From Promethearchaeota archaeon (lineage in GTDB: Archaea; Asgardarchaeota; Heimdallarchaeia; Hodarchaeales; Hodarchaeaceae): 64,000 bases of DNA. Below, in pieces: positions 50,502 through 61,650 of the stretch. The translations under genes were made by a program, and so were the position numbers. The notes beneath the pieces were generated by a model. It was not told the DNA's origin, made no database searches, and saw only the letters and a program-made list of their open reading frames with translations. The stretch's first letter is position 1, and every line of letters starts with the position of its first letter. The stretch spans positions 224,001 through 288,000 of the forward strand of contig JBHLMN010000002.1 in NCBI GenBank assembly GCA_048938105.1. The letters are read 5' to 3'.

Positions 50502-52082
50502 TTATGTGGTTTTTTCATTATATCTTTCTCGTAATATTCGGTGAATAATTTTCCCTGAACCAGTTCGTGGTATATCGTCATAATCAATAAATATGATTTT
50601 TTTGGGTACTTTGAATCTTGGTAACTTGTCTCTGCAATATTCTCTAATTTCATATGCTAAACTTTCCGATTCCTCACTATTTGAAGTTAAAGCACAGATT
50701 GCCGTGACTGCTTCACCCCATTTAGGGTCTTGCAACCCTATCACGGCACATTCCAAGACAGCCTCATGAGATATAATCGTTTTCTCGATCTCTGAAGGGA
50801 AAACATGCTCGCCACCAGTAATGATCATATTTGCTTTCCTGTCAACTAAATAATAATATCCATCTTCATCTTGCTTCGCCATATCACCTGCACTGAAAAA
50901 TCCACTATCCATACTTGCTGCAGTCTTTTCTGCTAGTTTATAATAACCTGTCATTTGCATAGGACTACGTGAAAATAACTCTCCTATCTCACCAGGTGGT
51001 ACTGGTTTACGAGTTTCTGAATCCAATAAACGGATTTTATCAGAACCAATGCATTCTTGACCAATGGACCCAACTTTCTTGAACTGATCTTCAGGCCTTA
51101 AAATAGTGACCAGACCAGCTTCAGTTGAACCATATGCTTCAAAAAGTTGAACTCCCTTGAATAAATTCATCACACCATATTTCATCTCTTTAGTGGCTGG
51201 TGCAGAGGAGGTGAGGAGAGTCTTTACTGAACTGAGGTCATATTTTTCTTTAGTTTCATCTGGAAGGCTTAGAATTAGGTTATAATGTGTTGGAATTAGG
51301 GAAGTAAAGGTGATTTTCTCACGATCAAAGATCTGAAGAACCTCTTTTGGATTAAATCCATATTCTAGATGAATATAGACAGGAGCACCAACGTAAGTGA
51401 AAACAAAAGAGTAAAAGGTGCTATTCACATGGGATAATGGCATAAGAATTAAGCCATAATCTTGAGGAGTGAAAGAGAATTCCGCTGCATTAATCAGAAA
51501 AAAAGAAATATATGAACGATGAGAACGAACAACCCCCTTAGGTCTACCTGTTGTTCCTGAAGTATAAAGCAAAATCCATGGGTCCTCTGGATCTACTTTA
51601 ATTTTGGGATAAGTATCTTCCCCATCTTTGATAATATCTTCATAGTAACTCCAATTTTCTGCAGTTGGGATGTCACCTAAGCAAATATGATCAAGAGTGT
51701 CCAATCCAAAATCTACTACTAGATCCCAGTTTTCCATAGTAATCTCATAATATCTAGACTCTACAATAACCATTTTACATTCAGCGTTACTTACAATCCA
51801 GTATAGATCTTTAGGGAGAAGACGAAAATTTAATGGAACAATAATTAATCCTGCTTTTGCAGCAGCTCCATATATTTCCATAAATTCGACTCTATTATTC
51901 ATAAGAACGGCAATTTTATCGCCTTTTCTTAAACCTCGAGTGAGTAATCCATTAGCAAGCTTATTTGTCCTTTCATCAAACTCTTTATTAGTTAAAGAAC
52001 GATTTATATCTTTAAATGCAAGTTTATTGGGATATTTGAAAGCATTGATACGTAAAATTTCACCTAAATGTAACCAGCTCAA
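50502..52082 (-). CDS. AMP-forming acyl/aryl-CoA ligase
   Basis: YTSGTTGRPKG, YGSTEAG, AGD, DRKANMIITGGE, PRTGSGKI. Confidence 0.88.
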   Translation of the reverse strand: MSWLHLGEILRINAFKYPNKLAFKDINRSLTNKEFDERTNKLANGLLTRGLRKGDKIAVLMNNRVEFMEIYGAAAKAGLIIVPLNFRLLPKDLYWIVSNAECKMVIVESRYYEITMENWDLVVDFGLDTLDHICLGDIPTAENWSYYEDIIKDGEDTYPKIKVDPEDPWILLYTSGTTGRPKGVVRSHRSYISFFLINAAEFSFTPQDYGLILMPLSHVNSTFYSFVFTYVGAPVYIHLEYGFNPKEVLQIFDREKITFTSLIPTHYNLILSLPDETKEKYDLSSVKTLLTSSAPATKEMKYGVMNLFKGVQLFEAYGSTEAGLVTILRPEDQFKKVGSIGQECIGSDKIRLLDSETRKPVPPGEIGELFSRSPMQMTGYYKLAEKTAASMDSGFFSAGDMAKQDEDGYYYLVDRKANMIITGGEHVFPSEIEKTIISHEAVLECAVIGLQDPKWGEAVTAICALTSNSEESESLAYEIREYCRDKLPRFKVPKKIIFIDYDDIPRTGSGKIIHRILRERYNEKTT

Positions 52083-52422
52083 CGTGAATCTAACCTCTTG
52101 AAATATAATTATATTTAATGACCTTTTATCTGATTTAATGTCAATCTTGAATTGTTTGGGGAGTAAATTGGAATGAAATCGTAAGCACTCTGATTTTAAC
52201 AGAAAAAAATATGTTGAATTAAGTATTTTATTAATCGATATAAAATTGAATAAAGACTGCTTTTAGGCTCTAATATTTATTCCTGTTATAATCTTTTCAA
52301 TTGTTACTTTATAGTTTTTAAATAACTAAACAATGATTTTCTCTCCTTAAAATATATATTAAATTAAGTACTTATGCTCTTCAGAGAATTTCAATGCTTT
52401 TCTTCTCAAGGATGAAGGCATA

Positions 52423-54348
52423 ATGGCGAGAATTGAGGATATTTTTGAGGATGTGAGTGAGAAAACTCTAGTTTTGCTGGGAAATGAATCTATAGCCCGA
52501 GGGATTATAGAAGCTGGTGTGGCTGGTGTCTTCACTTATCCTGGCACCCCATCATCTGAAATTCCAAACACTTTATATGCAGCTCAGCCTTTGCTGAAAG
52601 AAATGGGCTATAACCTGTATCTAGAGTGGAGTGCAAACGAAGCTGTTGCTCTTGAAGGTGCTTATGGGTTTTCATTACTAGGACATCGGGCAATTTTCGT
52701 CTGCAAACATGTCGGATTAAATGTTGCTGCGGATCCATTTATGACACTTGTGAATGCAGGTGTCATTGGTGGCTTGGTTCTTATTGTAGCTGAAGATCCT
52801 CATATGCATTCCTCACAGAATGAGCAGGACAATCGTTGGTATACAAAAATCTCCAATACTCCCATGTTTGAACCAAGTGATGCCAGAGAAGCGAAATCAA
52901 TGTTGAAAGATGCTTTTCGAGTTAGTGAAAAGTATCAAGTTCCTGTCATTTTAAGAACTGTAACCAGAATTTCCCACTCACGTGCAGATATTCACCTCGA
53001 TCCCATCACTTTTCCAGAGTTTCGTCAAGCTATCTCTCTCGAGATTGATCCAAGACGATTTGTATGTGTACCTAGTAATGCACGTCAGAACAAACAACGG
53101 ATACTAGGGGTAATTAACGATATTTCAAGTTATCAGGCAGACTCTCCTTGGAACCGAGTGGAAGAGGGAGCTGAGGAAACATTTGCTTTCATTACTTGTG
53201 GTTCAGCATATAATTACTTGAAAGAAGTATTGATTAAACTTAGAATAAGTTACCCAATATTAAAAATAGGTTTTTCACATCCTTTCCCTGAAAATCGAGT
53301 TACTCAATTCCTGAAGAAATATTCTTCTTCCACAATCATTGTTATTGAAGAGGCTGATGATGTTTTAGAAACTTTCATAAAAAAACTCGCCTTTGAGATT
53401 GATTTTAAGAACAGAATAATTGGAAGGAGAGAAGGAATCACCCCCTCTTATGGAGAACTAACAATACGTAAGGTTTGGAATGGTTTAACAGAAGCTATGA
53501 ATCTTGATTCATTACCTACAGAGATTCCTCAAGACCAATCTGATTTAATATTTGGAAGGCCTCCAGTTTTATGTCCAGGATGTCCGCACCGAGCGACATT
53601 TTACGCATTGAATAAAGCCGTTCCTAGACGACACCGTATAATATCTACTGATATAGGTTGTTATACCTTAGGTGTTGCTCCTCCGCTTTCTGCTGGTCAT
53701 GTGACCATTTGTATGGGATCTTCCTTAGGAATTGGTTCTGGACTTGCCCATAGTCCAGGTTTAAAAGATCCAGTTGTATCAATTATTGGCGACTCAACAT
53801 TTTGGCATACTGGATTACCTGGCCTTGTGAACGCTGTTTACAATAAAAGTAATCTTTTATTGCTGGTTGTAGACAATTCAGCTACAGCTATGACTGGTTT
53901 TCAACCAAATCCTTCATCCATTACTTCTCATTCTTCTGTTGAACCTCTTTCTATTGAGGATGCAGCGCGAGGTATTGGTGTTAAACATGTAATAGCAATT
54001 GATGCTTACAACCCCAAAGAATCAATTAAAGCTATTAAAGAAGCCATTAAGCACGAAGGAGTCTCAGTAATCGTTTCCAAGGGAGAATGTGTAATTCAAT
54101 CAACGCGAAGGGAGGGATTACCAGAAACTAACTATTATATAGAAGTAGATCGTTGTGTTGGTTGCTATGCATGTGTTAACATGATTGCATGTCCAGCTAT
54201 CATATGGTCAGATCGTATAACAACTGAAGAAGGTAAACCCATTCCAATGATCGATCAATCTTTATGCACACGTTGTGGGTTGTGTGCTGCAGTTTGTCCT
54301 TATCATGTAATTGTATCACGAAGTGTTGATGAGGTTCTAGGTGATTAA
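52423..54348 (+). CDS. iorA: Indolepyruvate:ferredoxin oxidoreductase alpha subunit
   Basis: YPGTPSSEI, KHVGLNVAADP, SSQNEQD, RPPVLCPGCPHR, DIGCY, GDSTF, C-terminal ferredoxin. Confidence 0.93.
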   Translation: MARIEDIFEDVSEKTLVLLGNESIARGIIEAGVAGVFTYPGTPSSEIPNTLYAAQPLLKEMGYNLYLEWSANEAVALEGAYGFSLLGHRAIFVCKHVGLNVAADPFMTLVNAGVIGGLVLIVAEDPHMHSSQNEQDNRWYTKISNTPMFEPSDAREAKSMLKDAFRVSEKYQVPVILRTVTRISHSRADIHLDPITFPEFRQAISLEIDPRRFVCVPSNARQNKQRILGVINDISSYQADSPWNRVEEGAEETFAFITCGSAYNYLKEVLIKLRISYPILKIGFSHPFPENRVTQFLKKYSSSTIIVIEEADDVLETFIKKLAFEIDFKNRIIGRREGITPSYGELTIRKVWNGLTEAMNLDSLPTEIPQDQSDLIFGRPPVLCPGCPHRATFYALNKAVPRRHRIISTDIGCYTLGVAPPLSAGHVTICMGSSLGIGSGLAHSPGLKDPVVSIIGDSTFWHTGLPGLVNAVYNKSNLLLLVVDNSATAMTGFQPNPSSITSHSSVEPLSIEDAARGIGVKHVIAIDAYNPKESIKAIKEAIKHEGVSVIVSKGECVIQSTRREGLPETNYYIEVDRCVGCYACVNMIACPAIIWSDRITTEEGKPIPMIDQSLCTRCGLCAAVCPYHVIVSRSVDEVLGD

Positions 54349-54945
54349 ATGGAATATCAGATCTTTCTTGCTGGAGTGGGTGGACAGGGAATACTATCCG
54401 TGACCGATATCCTTTGTAATGCTGCTGTTGATATGGGGTTCAAGGTTCATGGTTCAGAAACACATGGAATGTCACAACGAGGTGGTAGTGTTTTTTCAAA
54501 TGTGCGATTTGGAGAAATCTTTTCACCACTAATCATGGAACGAGATTCAGATGTGCTACTTGGATTTGAACCGACAGAGGCTCTTCGTTACGCTCAGTAT
54601 GTGAAACCAAATGGATTATGTCTTGTAAATATCCATCCTATTCCTTCTCCCAGCTTTACATTAACAAAAAGTAGTTATCCTGAAATTGAATCTATTATAT
54701 CAGCATTGAAAATTTATACTCCCCATGTTGTCTCTATTGATGCAACTAAATTAGCATCTGAGTTAGGAATGTCAATAGTTCAAAACATTATAATGCTGGG
54801 ATCTCTATCAGCGGTACCTGATCTTCCATTATCAGTTGACTCACTAAAGGTTGCACTAAAAAAACAGTTTAAAGCTAAACATTTCAGTCTCAATCTCAAA
54901 GCGTTTGAAATTGGGCGTGAAGCCTACAAGAGTAACAATCCTTAG
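54349..54945 (+). CDS. iorB: Indolepyruvate:ferredoxin oxidoreductase beta subunit
   Basis: GVGGQG, SETHGMSQRGGSV, FEPTEALR. Confidence 0.93.
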   Translation: MEYQIFLAGVGGQGILSVTDILCNAAVDMGFKVHGSETHGMSQRGGSVFSNVRFGEIFSPLIMERDSDVLLGFEPTEALRYAQYVKPNGLCLVNIHPIPSPSFTLTKSSYPEIESIISALKIYTPHVVSIDATKLASELGMSIVQNIIMLGSLSAVPDLPLSVDSLKVALKKQFKAKHFSLNLKAFEIGREAYKSNNP

Positions 54946-55033
54946 CGAGGCTAAAGTTCTCTCCCGAATATTTTTCTGCTGATAATTAAAACACGGTAAC
55001 GATTAATTTCTTATTTCTAGAAGGTAATATGAG

Positions 55034-56575
55034 TTGATTCAAAATATACTGGGACGCACTCTTCCTGAAAAGCTATTTGGAATAGATATTATACCTTATC
55101 AAGGTATCCATGCATGTCGGACGAGAGGAACCCGCATAGGTACAAAATATCAACCATATTGCGTCACAAGAGACACAAAACGTTTTTATGACGATATTGA
55201 CCACTTATTAGGACATCACTTTCTCAGCTTGTTTGATGGAATGTCAATTTCTTTTCACCACATTCTTCGGGAAGGAGATGGCGTAATATTACCCATAGTT
55301 GATGCTTTTGCATCTTATGGAATAAAAAATATTACATTAGCTTCCACTGCTTTATTTCCAGTCCATTCACCTCTTTTAGAGCATATAGAGACTGGTGTTA
55401 TAGGAAGAATTGAGGGTAGTATGAATGGGCCTATTGGTAGAGCGTTATCGAGAGGCGAAGTAACTGTTCCGAGTATTCTTAGATCTCATGGGGGACGTGC
55501 GAGAGCAGTTCAAGAAGGTAGCTTGCACATAGATGTAGCATTTATTGCAGCGTCTGCAGCGGATTTTCTCGGCAACCTGACTGGAATAGAGGGCAAAAAT
55601 GCATTTGGGAGTCTTGGATATCCCCTTGAAACAGATTCACTTTATGCGGATGTAGTTATTGGAGTCACAGATACCATACTAGATTATCCACTAAGAAAAG
55701 TTAGTATCCCTTCTAGTCGTATTGATGCGATTCTTGAAGTAGATTCAATCGGTGATCCTTCAAAAATTACATCAGGAAGCTTAAGCAGAAGAGTATCACC
55801 TGAACGACTTGAAATCGCCGAAAGGGCTGTTGAGGTAATGTATCATTCAGGATTTCTTCAGTCTGGATTCAATTGGCAAGCGGGAGCAGGAGGGATGTCA
55901 TTAGCGACAACGAAATATCTTAAAGATCTGATGATCGATAAAAACCTAGAAGGTAGTTATATCTTTGGTGGGATTGCAGAAAATTCGGTTGATTTGTTAG
56001 AAGTTGGGCTTTTCAAAACGATTTATGATGCTCAGTCTTTCGATTCTAAAGCGATAGAATCATTGCAGAATAACCCGAATCATGTTGAAGTGTCAATTGA
56101 TCATGCGTACAACCCTTTCAATAAAGGGTGTATAGCTAATAATACTGATTTCTCTGCATTGGGGGCAACTGAAGTTGATGTCAATTTTAATGTCAATGTT
56201 AATACTTTTAGTGATGGTACTCTCAACTCTGGAATAGGTGGACATCAAGATGCAGCCAGGGCGAAAATTAGTATGATTTTATTGCCATTAGCACGTAAAA
56301 TACCTTGTATCATTGATAGTGTTGTAACTGTTTCTAGTCCAGGTGATTGTATTGACGTTATTGTGACAGATGGTGGGATTGCAATAAATCCAAAACGAAA
56401 GAAGTTGAAAAAGCGCTTAAGGGATGCAGGATTAAACATTCGTCCTATTGAAGAATTGAAAGACGAAGCTGTAAGCTTAGCTGATCCAATTGAAGCCAAC
56501 TTAACTGATCATATAATAACATTAGTGGAATATCGTGACGGAACCCACTTAGATGTTATTTATCAAATTGAATGA
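55034..56575 (+). CDS. citF: Citrate lyase alpha subunit (citrate CoA/ACP transferase)
   Basis: DGMSISFHH.LREGD, RSHGGRARA, QAGAGG, LGATEVDVNFNVNV, GGHQD, GIAINP. Confidence 0.88.
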   Translation: MIQNILGRTLPEKLFGIDIIPYQGIHACRTRGTRIGTKYQPYCVTRDTKRFYDDIDHLLGHHFLSLFDGMSISFHHILREGDGVILPIVDAFASYGIKNITLASTALFPVHSPLLEHIETGVIGRIEGSMNGPIGRALSRGEVTVPSILRSHGGRARAVQEGSLHIDVAFIAASAADFLGNLTGIEGKNAFGSLGYPLETDSLYADVVIGVTDTILDYPLRKVSIPSSRIDAILEVDSIGDPSKITSGSLSRRVSPERLEIAERAVEVMYHSGFLQSGFNWQAGAGGMSLATTKYLKDLMIDKNLEGSYIFGGIAENSVDLLEVGLFKTIYDAQSFDSKAIESLQNNPNHVEVSIDHAYNPFNKGCIANNTDFSALGATEVDVNFNVNVNTFSDGTLNSGIGGHQDAARAKISMILLPLARKIPCIIDSVVTVSSPGDCIDVIVTDGGIAINPKRKKLKKRLRDAGLNIRPIEELKDEAVSLADPIEANLTDHIITLVEYRDGTHLDVIYQIE

Positions 56576-56592
56576 AATTTAATCCTTTTTCC

Positions 56593-58734
56593 TCATTTAG
56601 GGATCTTTCTGGACTTCTCTCCTTTATAAATTGCTTCTGAAAAATTTATCCTACGCATTTGTGGCTGAGAAGCAATCTCTTCAAAATAATGGGCTGATAA
56701 TCCTGCAATCCGACCGTATATGAACACTGCTTTTGCTAGATTTGGATCAAGTCCCATATCTGCAATTATAGCGCCAATAACTCCATCAACATTAATGGGA
56801 AGGTTGATCCCACGTACTCTCTTGAAAATGTCCGTAATGATTTTGGATATCTCGACACAATCACCAGCTATTCCTGCATGTTTTGCTTTAATCCATAGAA
56901 CGTCCCGCCTAGGGTCTTTTGTGTGAATTCGATGTCCTAAACCTTGAATCCTTTTCCCCTCTTTCATATATATACTGATATTTTCCTCAACTGCTTCTGA
57001 GAGTTCAATGTTCTTTTCATTTGCTAAAGCGATACACTTCTTGAAAAATTGCGCTGCTTTTGCCCCTGCTCCTCCATGAACATCCGTAATTGCGCTAACT
57101 CCTTGAGCAACCGCTACCTCATATGTAGCTCTCACTGTAGCTGCAATCACTGTCGCCTGAGCTGATGGTGGTGTTACTCCATGGTCTACACTGGCTACAA
57201 TCATTGCTTCAAGTACACTAGATTTTTTTTCATCTACGACGGTTTCTCCTGTTAAAATTTTATATATAACATGAGAAAAGGGTTGTTTTAAATCAATATT
57301 TTTCAAGACGCCTTTATTCCCCAATACTGAAGCTAGATATCCAGCTACACGGCCTAAACAGAACATTACTTGGTTGGGGGGATTTTTTCTTTCTTCAATA
57401 CAGTACTTTGCTAATATTTCATCCTGTAACAAATATTTTGCAATTGTTTTTGAAATGTCTTCTTTTACTATTACATTCACTTCAGGAGTAGGAAATTTGA
57501 TAGCATTCAAAGCTATTTGTTCTAATTCTTTGACCTGTTTTAGTTCTGGGAAATTTCCTTTCACAAGTAGGTAAGTTGTTTCAATAAATGTTTTCTTTTT
57601 GATTATATCTTTTAGAGGATATCCTGCTATTATTAAATTATTTGGTTGAACTTTTGTTATCAGTGTAGCCCAACCGACCTTTTTAGGTGGTTCTTCCCAT
57701 GTTTTTGTCATTTTTTCTTGATATCTTTCAACACTGAAGTATTTCCAACCTTGTAATATTTCCTTAACAGTTTCTACTAATTCATATTGGCTATTGACAA
57801 CAGTTACACCTACTTTTTCTAAAGCTTCCTTCTTAGATTTAAAGGTACCATAATTCTGTCCAGGAGTTATGATAGCTCCAGCATGCCCCATTGTCTTTCC
57901 TGAAGGCGCATTTGCCCCAGAAATTAACCCAACAATTGGTATCGGATATTTCTTTGGATGAGCAATGATATCTTCTGCAAGTAGTTCTTCCTGACTTCCC
58001 CCAATCTCACCTGCTACAACGATGAGATCTGTGTTTGGATATTGCTGAATAAGTGGGACTATATCCCTGAACCTAGTTCCAATTGCTCCATCTCCTCCTA
58101 TTCCTAAAACAGCGTTTTGTGCTATGCCAGCACTCGCCAGTGCATCTGATAAGTGGTATAGAATTGCTCCGCTCCTGGAAATTATTGTCACTCCTCGTGG
58201 TCCAAATTCCTCATTACTTTTCTCTTCAGGATAAAAGATATCAGGAAGCATCCCAATTTTGATTCCTTCTGGTGGAAAAATAATCCCAGGTGTGTTTCCA
58301 CCAAAAAGTAAAGTATTTTGTTTTCTCGCTGCAACGACAATATCTCGAACATCCTTTAGGGGGATACCTTCAGTTATTAATACAACAATAGGGATACCTG
58401 ACTCAATAACTTCAATTGTAACATCCCTCACTCCTGAATAATGTCTCCAGATACTCGCTACTGCAATATTAGGATGTTCTTTAAGACATTCTTTGACTCT
58501 ATCATATACAGGAATTACTTCATGAATTCGAGTACCTCCTCGTCCTACTGAAATGCCAGCTGTAACATTTGTTCCAAATTCTTTCATAAGTCCTGCGTGT
58601 TTTGTACCCTGTCTTCCAAGGCCTATAATTACTGTTTCAATCTTCTTTGTTTTTTGAATATAAGCAGCTAATTCTGGACGGATTTGTTTGATAAGAAAAT
58701 ATAAAGCCCCTTGGTCTACAGGAATCCTTTTCAT
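56593..58734 (-). CDS. ATP-citrate lyase alpha-like protein: SucD-like CoA-ligase domain fused to citryl-CoA lyase/citrate-synthase domain
   Basis: ITEGIP, GNTPG, SRSG, GIGGD, GEIGG, MGHAGA (phospho-His); DHG, HGGAG, GLGHRIH.KDPR, NVDG. Confidence 0.8.
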   Translation of the reverse strand: MKRIPVDQGALYFLIKQIRPELAAYIQKTKKIETVIIGLGRQGTKHAGLMKEFGTNVTAGISVGRGGTRIHEVIPVYDRVKECLKEHPNIAVASIWRHYSGVRDVTIEVIESGIPIVVLITEGIPLKDVRDIVVAARKQNTLLFGGNTPGIIFPPEGIKIGMLPDIFYPEEKSNEEFGPRGVTIISRSGAILYHLSDALASAGIAQNAVLGIGGDGAIGTRFRDIVPLIQQYPNTDLIVVAGEIGGSQEELLAEDIIAHPKKYPIPIVGLISGANAPSGKTMGHAGAIITPGQNYGTFKSKKEALEKVGVTVVNSQYELVETVKEILQGWKYFSVERYQEKMTKTWEEPPKKVGWATLITKVQPNNLIIAGYPLKDIIKKKTFIETTYLLVKGNFPELKQVKELEQIALNAIKFPTPEVNVIVKEDISKTIAKYLLQDEILAKYCIEERKNPPNQVMFCLGRVAGYLASVLGNKGVLKNIDLKQPFSHVIYKILTGETVVDEKKSSVLEAMIVASVDHGVTPPSAQATVIAATVRATYEVAVAQGVSAITDVHGGAGAKAAQFFKKCIALANEKNIELSEAVEENISIYMKEGKRIQGLGHRIHTKDPRRDVLWIKAKHAGIAGDCVEISKIITDIFKRVRGINLPINVDGVIGAIIADMGLDPNLAKAVFIYGRIAGLSAHYFEEIASQPQMRRINFSEAIYKGEKSRKIPK

Positions 58735-60065
58735 GAAGATCTCTCCTTTTTGATTTCAAAACCTTTTCTAATACCTTCTTTAATCACATCAGCCATTATT
58801 TTTTCATTCCCGACCACAATCTCCATCAACTCCAATGCCTCGGGAGATTCTTGTTTCGCTTTTTCAAGATAATTTTTAGCAGATGGTAGATCAGTTCCTA
58901 CCATCCTGCCAAATATCGGTATTATACGTTGGTTATTGCGATAACGTTCCCTTAAAGCTTGAATTAGGCCTCTTATGAATACATCGCAACTAGATATACC
59001 CCCAAACCTTGATGTGATAATAATGTCAGTCATGGGATAATCCATTAGAAGATGAAACATTTGAGCTACTCGATTTTGCGGTGGTCCGCCTCCACTATCC
59101 ATAAAATTAATGGGGACCACCTTACCATCAAAGAATTTATTTCCAATATTCATAACTTCATCAATAGAAAATATTCCGTAACCTGCTCCTCCAGGTACAA
59201 GACCCACATATAATTTATTTTCATCTTTAAATGTATCAGAAGGAAGTAGATCAACATAAGGAAATCCTTGGCTGTGAGCTCTTCTTTCATTAGGAGTTGG
59301 TTCAGCAACGTCGTGTCGTCTAGTGGTTATTCCTAAAGTCTCTAAAAGCTTACTCTGCCTATATAAACCATTATCATCTAAGATTATTTTAGCATCTGCA
59401 GCAACAACATTGTTTGGGGTTATTATCACTGGATTGATTTCACAAAGCTTGGCATCAATTTCTTGAAAAGTTCTATAAACCTTATCAATGATAGAGGCGA
59501 GTTTTTCTTTCTGTTCTTTTGATATTTGAAGGTCTTGGTTGAGTAAGTCTGTAACTTCTTTGATAATGTTATTTTGTAATGCACGGTCATTATTGAGTAT
59601 TTCTCTCTTTATTATTGTCTCAGGTCGAGTTTGTGCAACTTCCTCGATATCAACTCCTCCAGAAGCACTAACAACAAGCACATTGTTGAATGTATTTGGA
59701 TCTGTTGTCACTCCCACGTAACAGGCCTCATATTCATCAACAGCTTCCTCGAAAAAGACTGCATGTACAGGATGTTCCTTAATTCTTAATTTTAGAAGCA
59801 TTTCAGTATTATGTATTGCTTCCTTTAATGATGTGACTTTTTTTATCCCCCCTGCTTTTCCTCTTCCACCTATTAAAACAGCAGCTTTAGCCATCGCAGG
59901 GAATTTAAGGTCTAGTTTCTTAACTTCATTAACAGAATGAACGATTCCAAATTGCTTTGGGATTGTGATACCACTCAGTTCAAAAACTTTTTTCGATTCA
60001 TGCTCGTAGAGCCTCAATTTGGGTTCTCCTAAAATTCTTGATGCCTCTTTTGTGAAAAGTGACAC
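58731..60065 (-). CDS. ATP-grasp subunit (SucC/AclB/citryl-CoA synthetase large-subunit-like)
   Basis: LYEHESK, GGRGKAGGI, GGVDIEE, EINP, AADAK; ATGA overlap with the next gene. Confidence 0.8.
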   Translation of the reverse strand: MSLFTKEASRILGEPKLRLYEHESKKVFELSGITIPKQFGIVHSVNEVKKLDLKFPAMAKAAVLIGGRGKAGGIKKVTSLKEAIHNTEMLLKLRIKEHPVHAVFFEEAVDEYEACYVGVTTDPNTFNNVLVVSASGGVDIEEVAQTRPETIIKREILNNDRALQNNIIKEVTDLLNQDLQISKEQKEKLASIIDKVYRTFQEIDAKLCEINPVIITPNNVVAADAKIILDDNGLYRQSKLLETLGITTRRHDVAEPTPNERRAHSQGFPYVDLLPSDTFKDENKLYVGLVPGGAGYGIFSIDEVMNIGNKFFDGKVVPINFMDSGGGPPQNRVAQMFHLLMDYPMTDIIITSRFGGISSCDVFIRGLIQALRERYRNNQRIIPIFGRMVGTDLPSAKNYLEKAKQESPEALELMEIVVGNEKIMADVIKEGIRKGFEIKKERSS

Positions 60066-60283
60066 TTCTAGAGATTTTTTGGCTAATAAGATATTTATTC
60101 CAAGAAAAAAAAGGCTGGTTTTATCCTTTTTTTCCCTCTATTTGATAAGTGAAAATGGAGAGAATTCAGAAGTTATCACAGATGTTGTTTAAATTTTAGC
60201 AGAAAAAAAGTGTACTAAACTTGCTGTTTTTCAATCCATTATATTCTTTAAGTTTTTAAAATTTCAGACTGGTTGTCAGAAGC

Positions 60284-60895
60284 TTATGCTAGGAATAAGC
60301 GTTGTTCCCATTCATCAATTGCTTCATTAATATCCTCTAAGTATTTAACTTTCTTAGCTCTAAGATCCCGATTGAAACTAGCAATGTCATAAAGGAGGCG
60401 TGATGACTGACTAGTCTCTGAAAGAGCGTCTCTAAACTGATCTATGAATTCAGGAATTCTCTCAGGAGACTTTTCCCAAAAGTTGGAGATATTTTCACGT
60501 AAAGATTGAATCATTATGCGTAGGTCTCCTGCCTCAGATACAGTTATTAACGTACTTGCTCTATCTTGAATTCTATCTTTTATTTGCTGAATAAGTAGTT
60601 TAGCAGCCTCACTACGATTTTTAACAATTCCTGAGGAAATCCAATTTTCAGTTACCACTTCAATTAGCTGGAAAACGGCTGCATCCTCATTACCTTGTAT
60701 TTCTGGAAGATAATGAAATAATCCTAATTTTGTGATTATAAAACGAAAGTTTGAACCAAGATATTGACGTTCGTGAGGAGTAAAGTCAATTCGTTTGAGT
60801 AATTCACGAAAATCTTTGACACCCTTCCTGCCTGACTGATAATCAATCGTTAATTGAGGTTTAATTTTCTCACAAACCTTATCGACAACTTTCAA
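60284..60895 (-). CDS. Hypothetical helical protein
   Basis: 203-aa ORF; no motif recognised. Confidence 0.6.
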   Translation of the reverse strand: MKVVDKVCEKIKPQLTIDYQSGRKGVKDFRELLKRIDFTPHERQYLGSNFRFIITKLGLFHYLPEIQGNEDAAVFQLIEVVTENWISSGIVKNRSEAAKLLIQQIKDRIQDRASTLITVSEAGDLRIMIQSLRENISNFWEKSPERIPEFIDQFRDALSETSQSSRLLYDIASFNRDLRAKKVKYLEDINEAIDEWEQRLFLA

Positions 60896-61173
60896 TGATG
60901 AACACCTTGACTATTCCTTGAATTAGAGCTTAATATTCTTCAATGTTATGTAGATTATATATCTAAAAATAACTCCATGTAAAAAAGGTTTTCAATTCAG
61001 TTTATTGTCTAAGTAATATGAGATTTATTCCTTGGTTGATTATAGGAGATGAATGTAGTGTTCAATAAGAAAAAAAAGAATAATTGTAATCTCCCCTGCT
61101 TTTCTTATAGAGTGTCTTCTTCTTTTTGTAGTGCTTGAAATTTAATAATACTAGTAAATTGGAAATAGACTTA

Positions 61174-61452
61174 CTAGATCTTAGTGATAGTAATTTCAAT
61201 CGCACTAACGTTAGATAGATTTCCTTCTCGTGTTTCAATTTGTTCAGTATCTATCTGTATGTCTGTAACATCGACACGATCTTTCATAAACCTACGTCTT
61301 AGTACTTCAGCAACATCAACAGCTCGGCTGATCGCGCGCCCTCGGGCTTTTAGGACGATTGAGTCGGCGTCACGATTAAACTGTGTCACACATGCCATTA
61401 CATAAGCAGTTACTGGCTTATTTCCGATGAAAACGGTATTTTCCTCTGCCAT
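61174..61452 (-). CDS. albA: Alba DNA/RNA-binding protein
   Basis: VFIGNKP...[24 protein letters not shown]. Confidence 0.95.
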   Translation of the reverse strand: MAEENTVFIGNKPVTAYVMACVTQFNRDADSIVLKARGRAISRAVDVAEVLRRRFMKDRVDVTDIQIDTEQIETREGNLSNVSAIEITITKI

Positions 61453-61650
61453 AATTGTTACTCTCCTTGCAATTCTCTTTGTGGTTCAGTGTTTTCTAGT
61501 TATATCTTTGCATCATTGAGATGTGATAATTCAATTGTAAATCTCAAGTTGACTTGAAAAATGTTTCTAGGTTTGTGTTGTTAAATGATTACACTTTATT
61601 TCTCGAGTACAACCTAATAGCGTCAATATTTGTTTGATGAACTTAAAACT

